A stretch of DNA of 64,000 nucleotides from the NCBI RefSeq assembly GCF_009914755.1, contig NC_060932.1; one strand, written 5' to 3'. Of this stretch, positions 63,966 through 64,000 are shown one piece after another (position 1 is the first letter of the stretch; the number at the start of each line of letters is the position of its first letter). Source of the DNA: the human T2T-CHM13v2.0 reference genome, Homo sapiens. The translations under genes and the position numbers were made by a program. The notes below the pieces were generated by a model. It had not been told where the DNA came from. It worked only from the letters and a program-made list of their open reading frames with translations, and did not search any database.

Positions 63966-64000
63966 AACTGAGGGGGATAGTGTGGAGCAAGATGGCTAAA

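Overview
Primate, almost certainly human, genomic DNA: about 33 Alus plus L1, L2/MIR/CR1, LTR and Tigger/hAT fossils, and CpG-depleted outside one island. No intact protein-coding exon is visible; nearly all ORF-track entries are Alu/L1/low-complexity artefacts. The main feature is a CpG-island promoter (~11.55-12.7 kb) with a + strand, apparently non-coding first exon (donor CTGG|GTGAGT at 12637). The following ~51 kb looks like 5'-UTR introns, with a good candidate 167-bp UTR exon at 51116-51282. From memory the layout resembles the 5' region of SGMS2 (4q25), but I cannot confirm this from the sequence. I found no CRISPR, rRNA, tRNA or foreign insert, and no convincing new biological system. 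The best leads are: (1) an inverted, microhomology-joined templated copy of unique DNA inside a TSD-flanked Alu (46.4 kb <-> 52.7 kb) that brackets the candidate exon; (2) a triplicated ~125-bp unit carrying 4 TCF/LEF motifs; (3) an Alu-interrupted ORF relic with a 3'UTR-like tail; (4) several local duplications and nested insertions. Repeat boundaries and subfamilies were judged by eye and are approximate.
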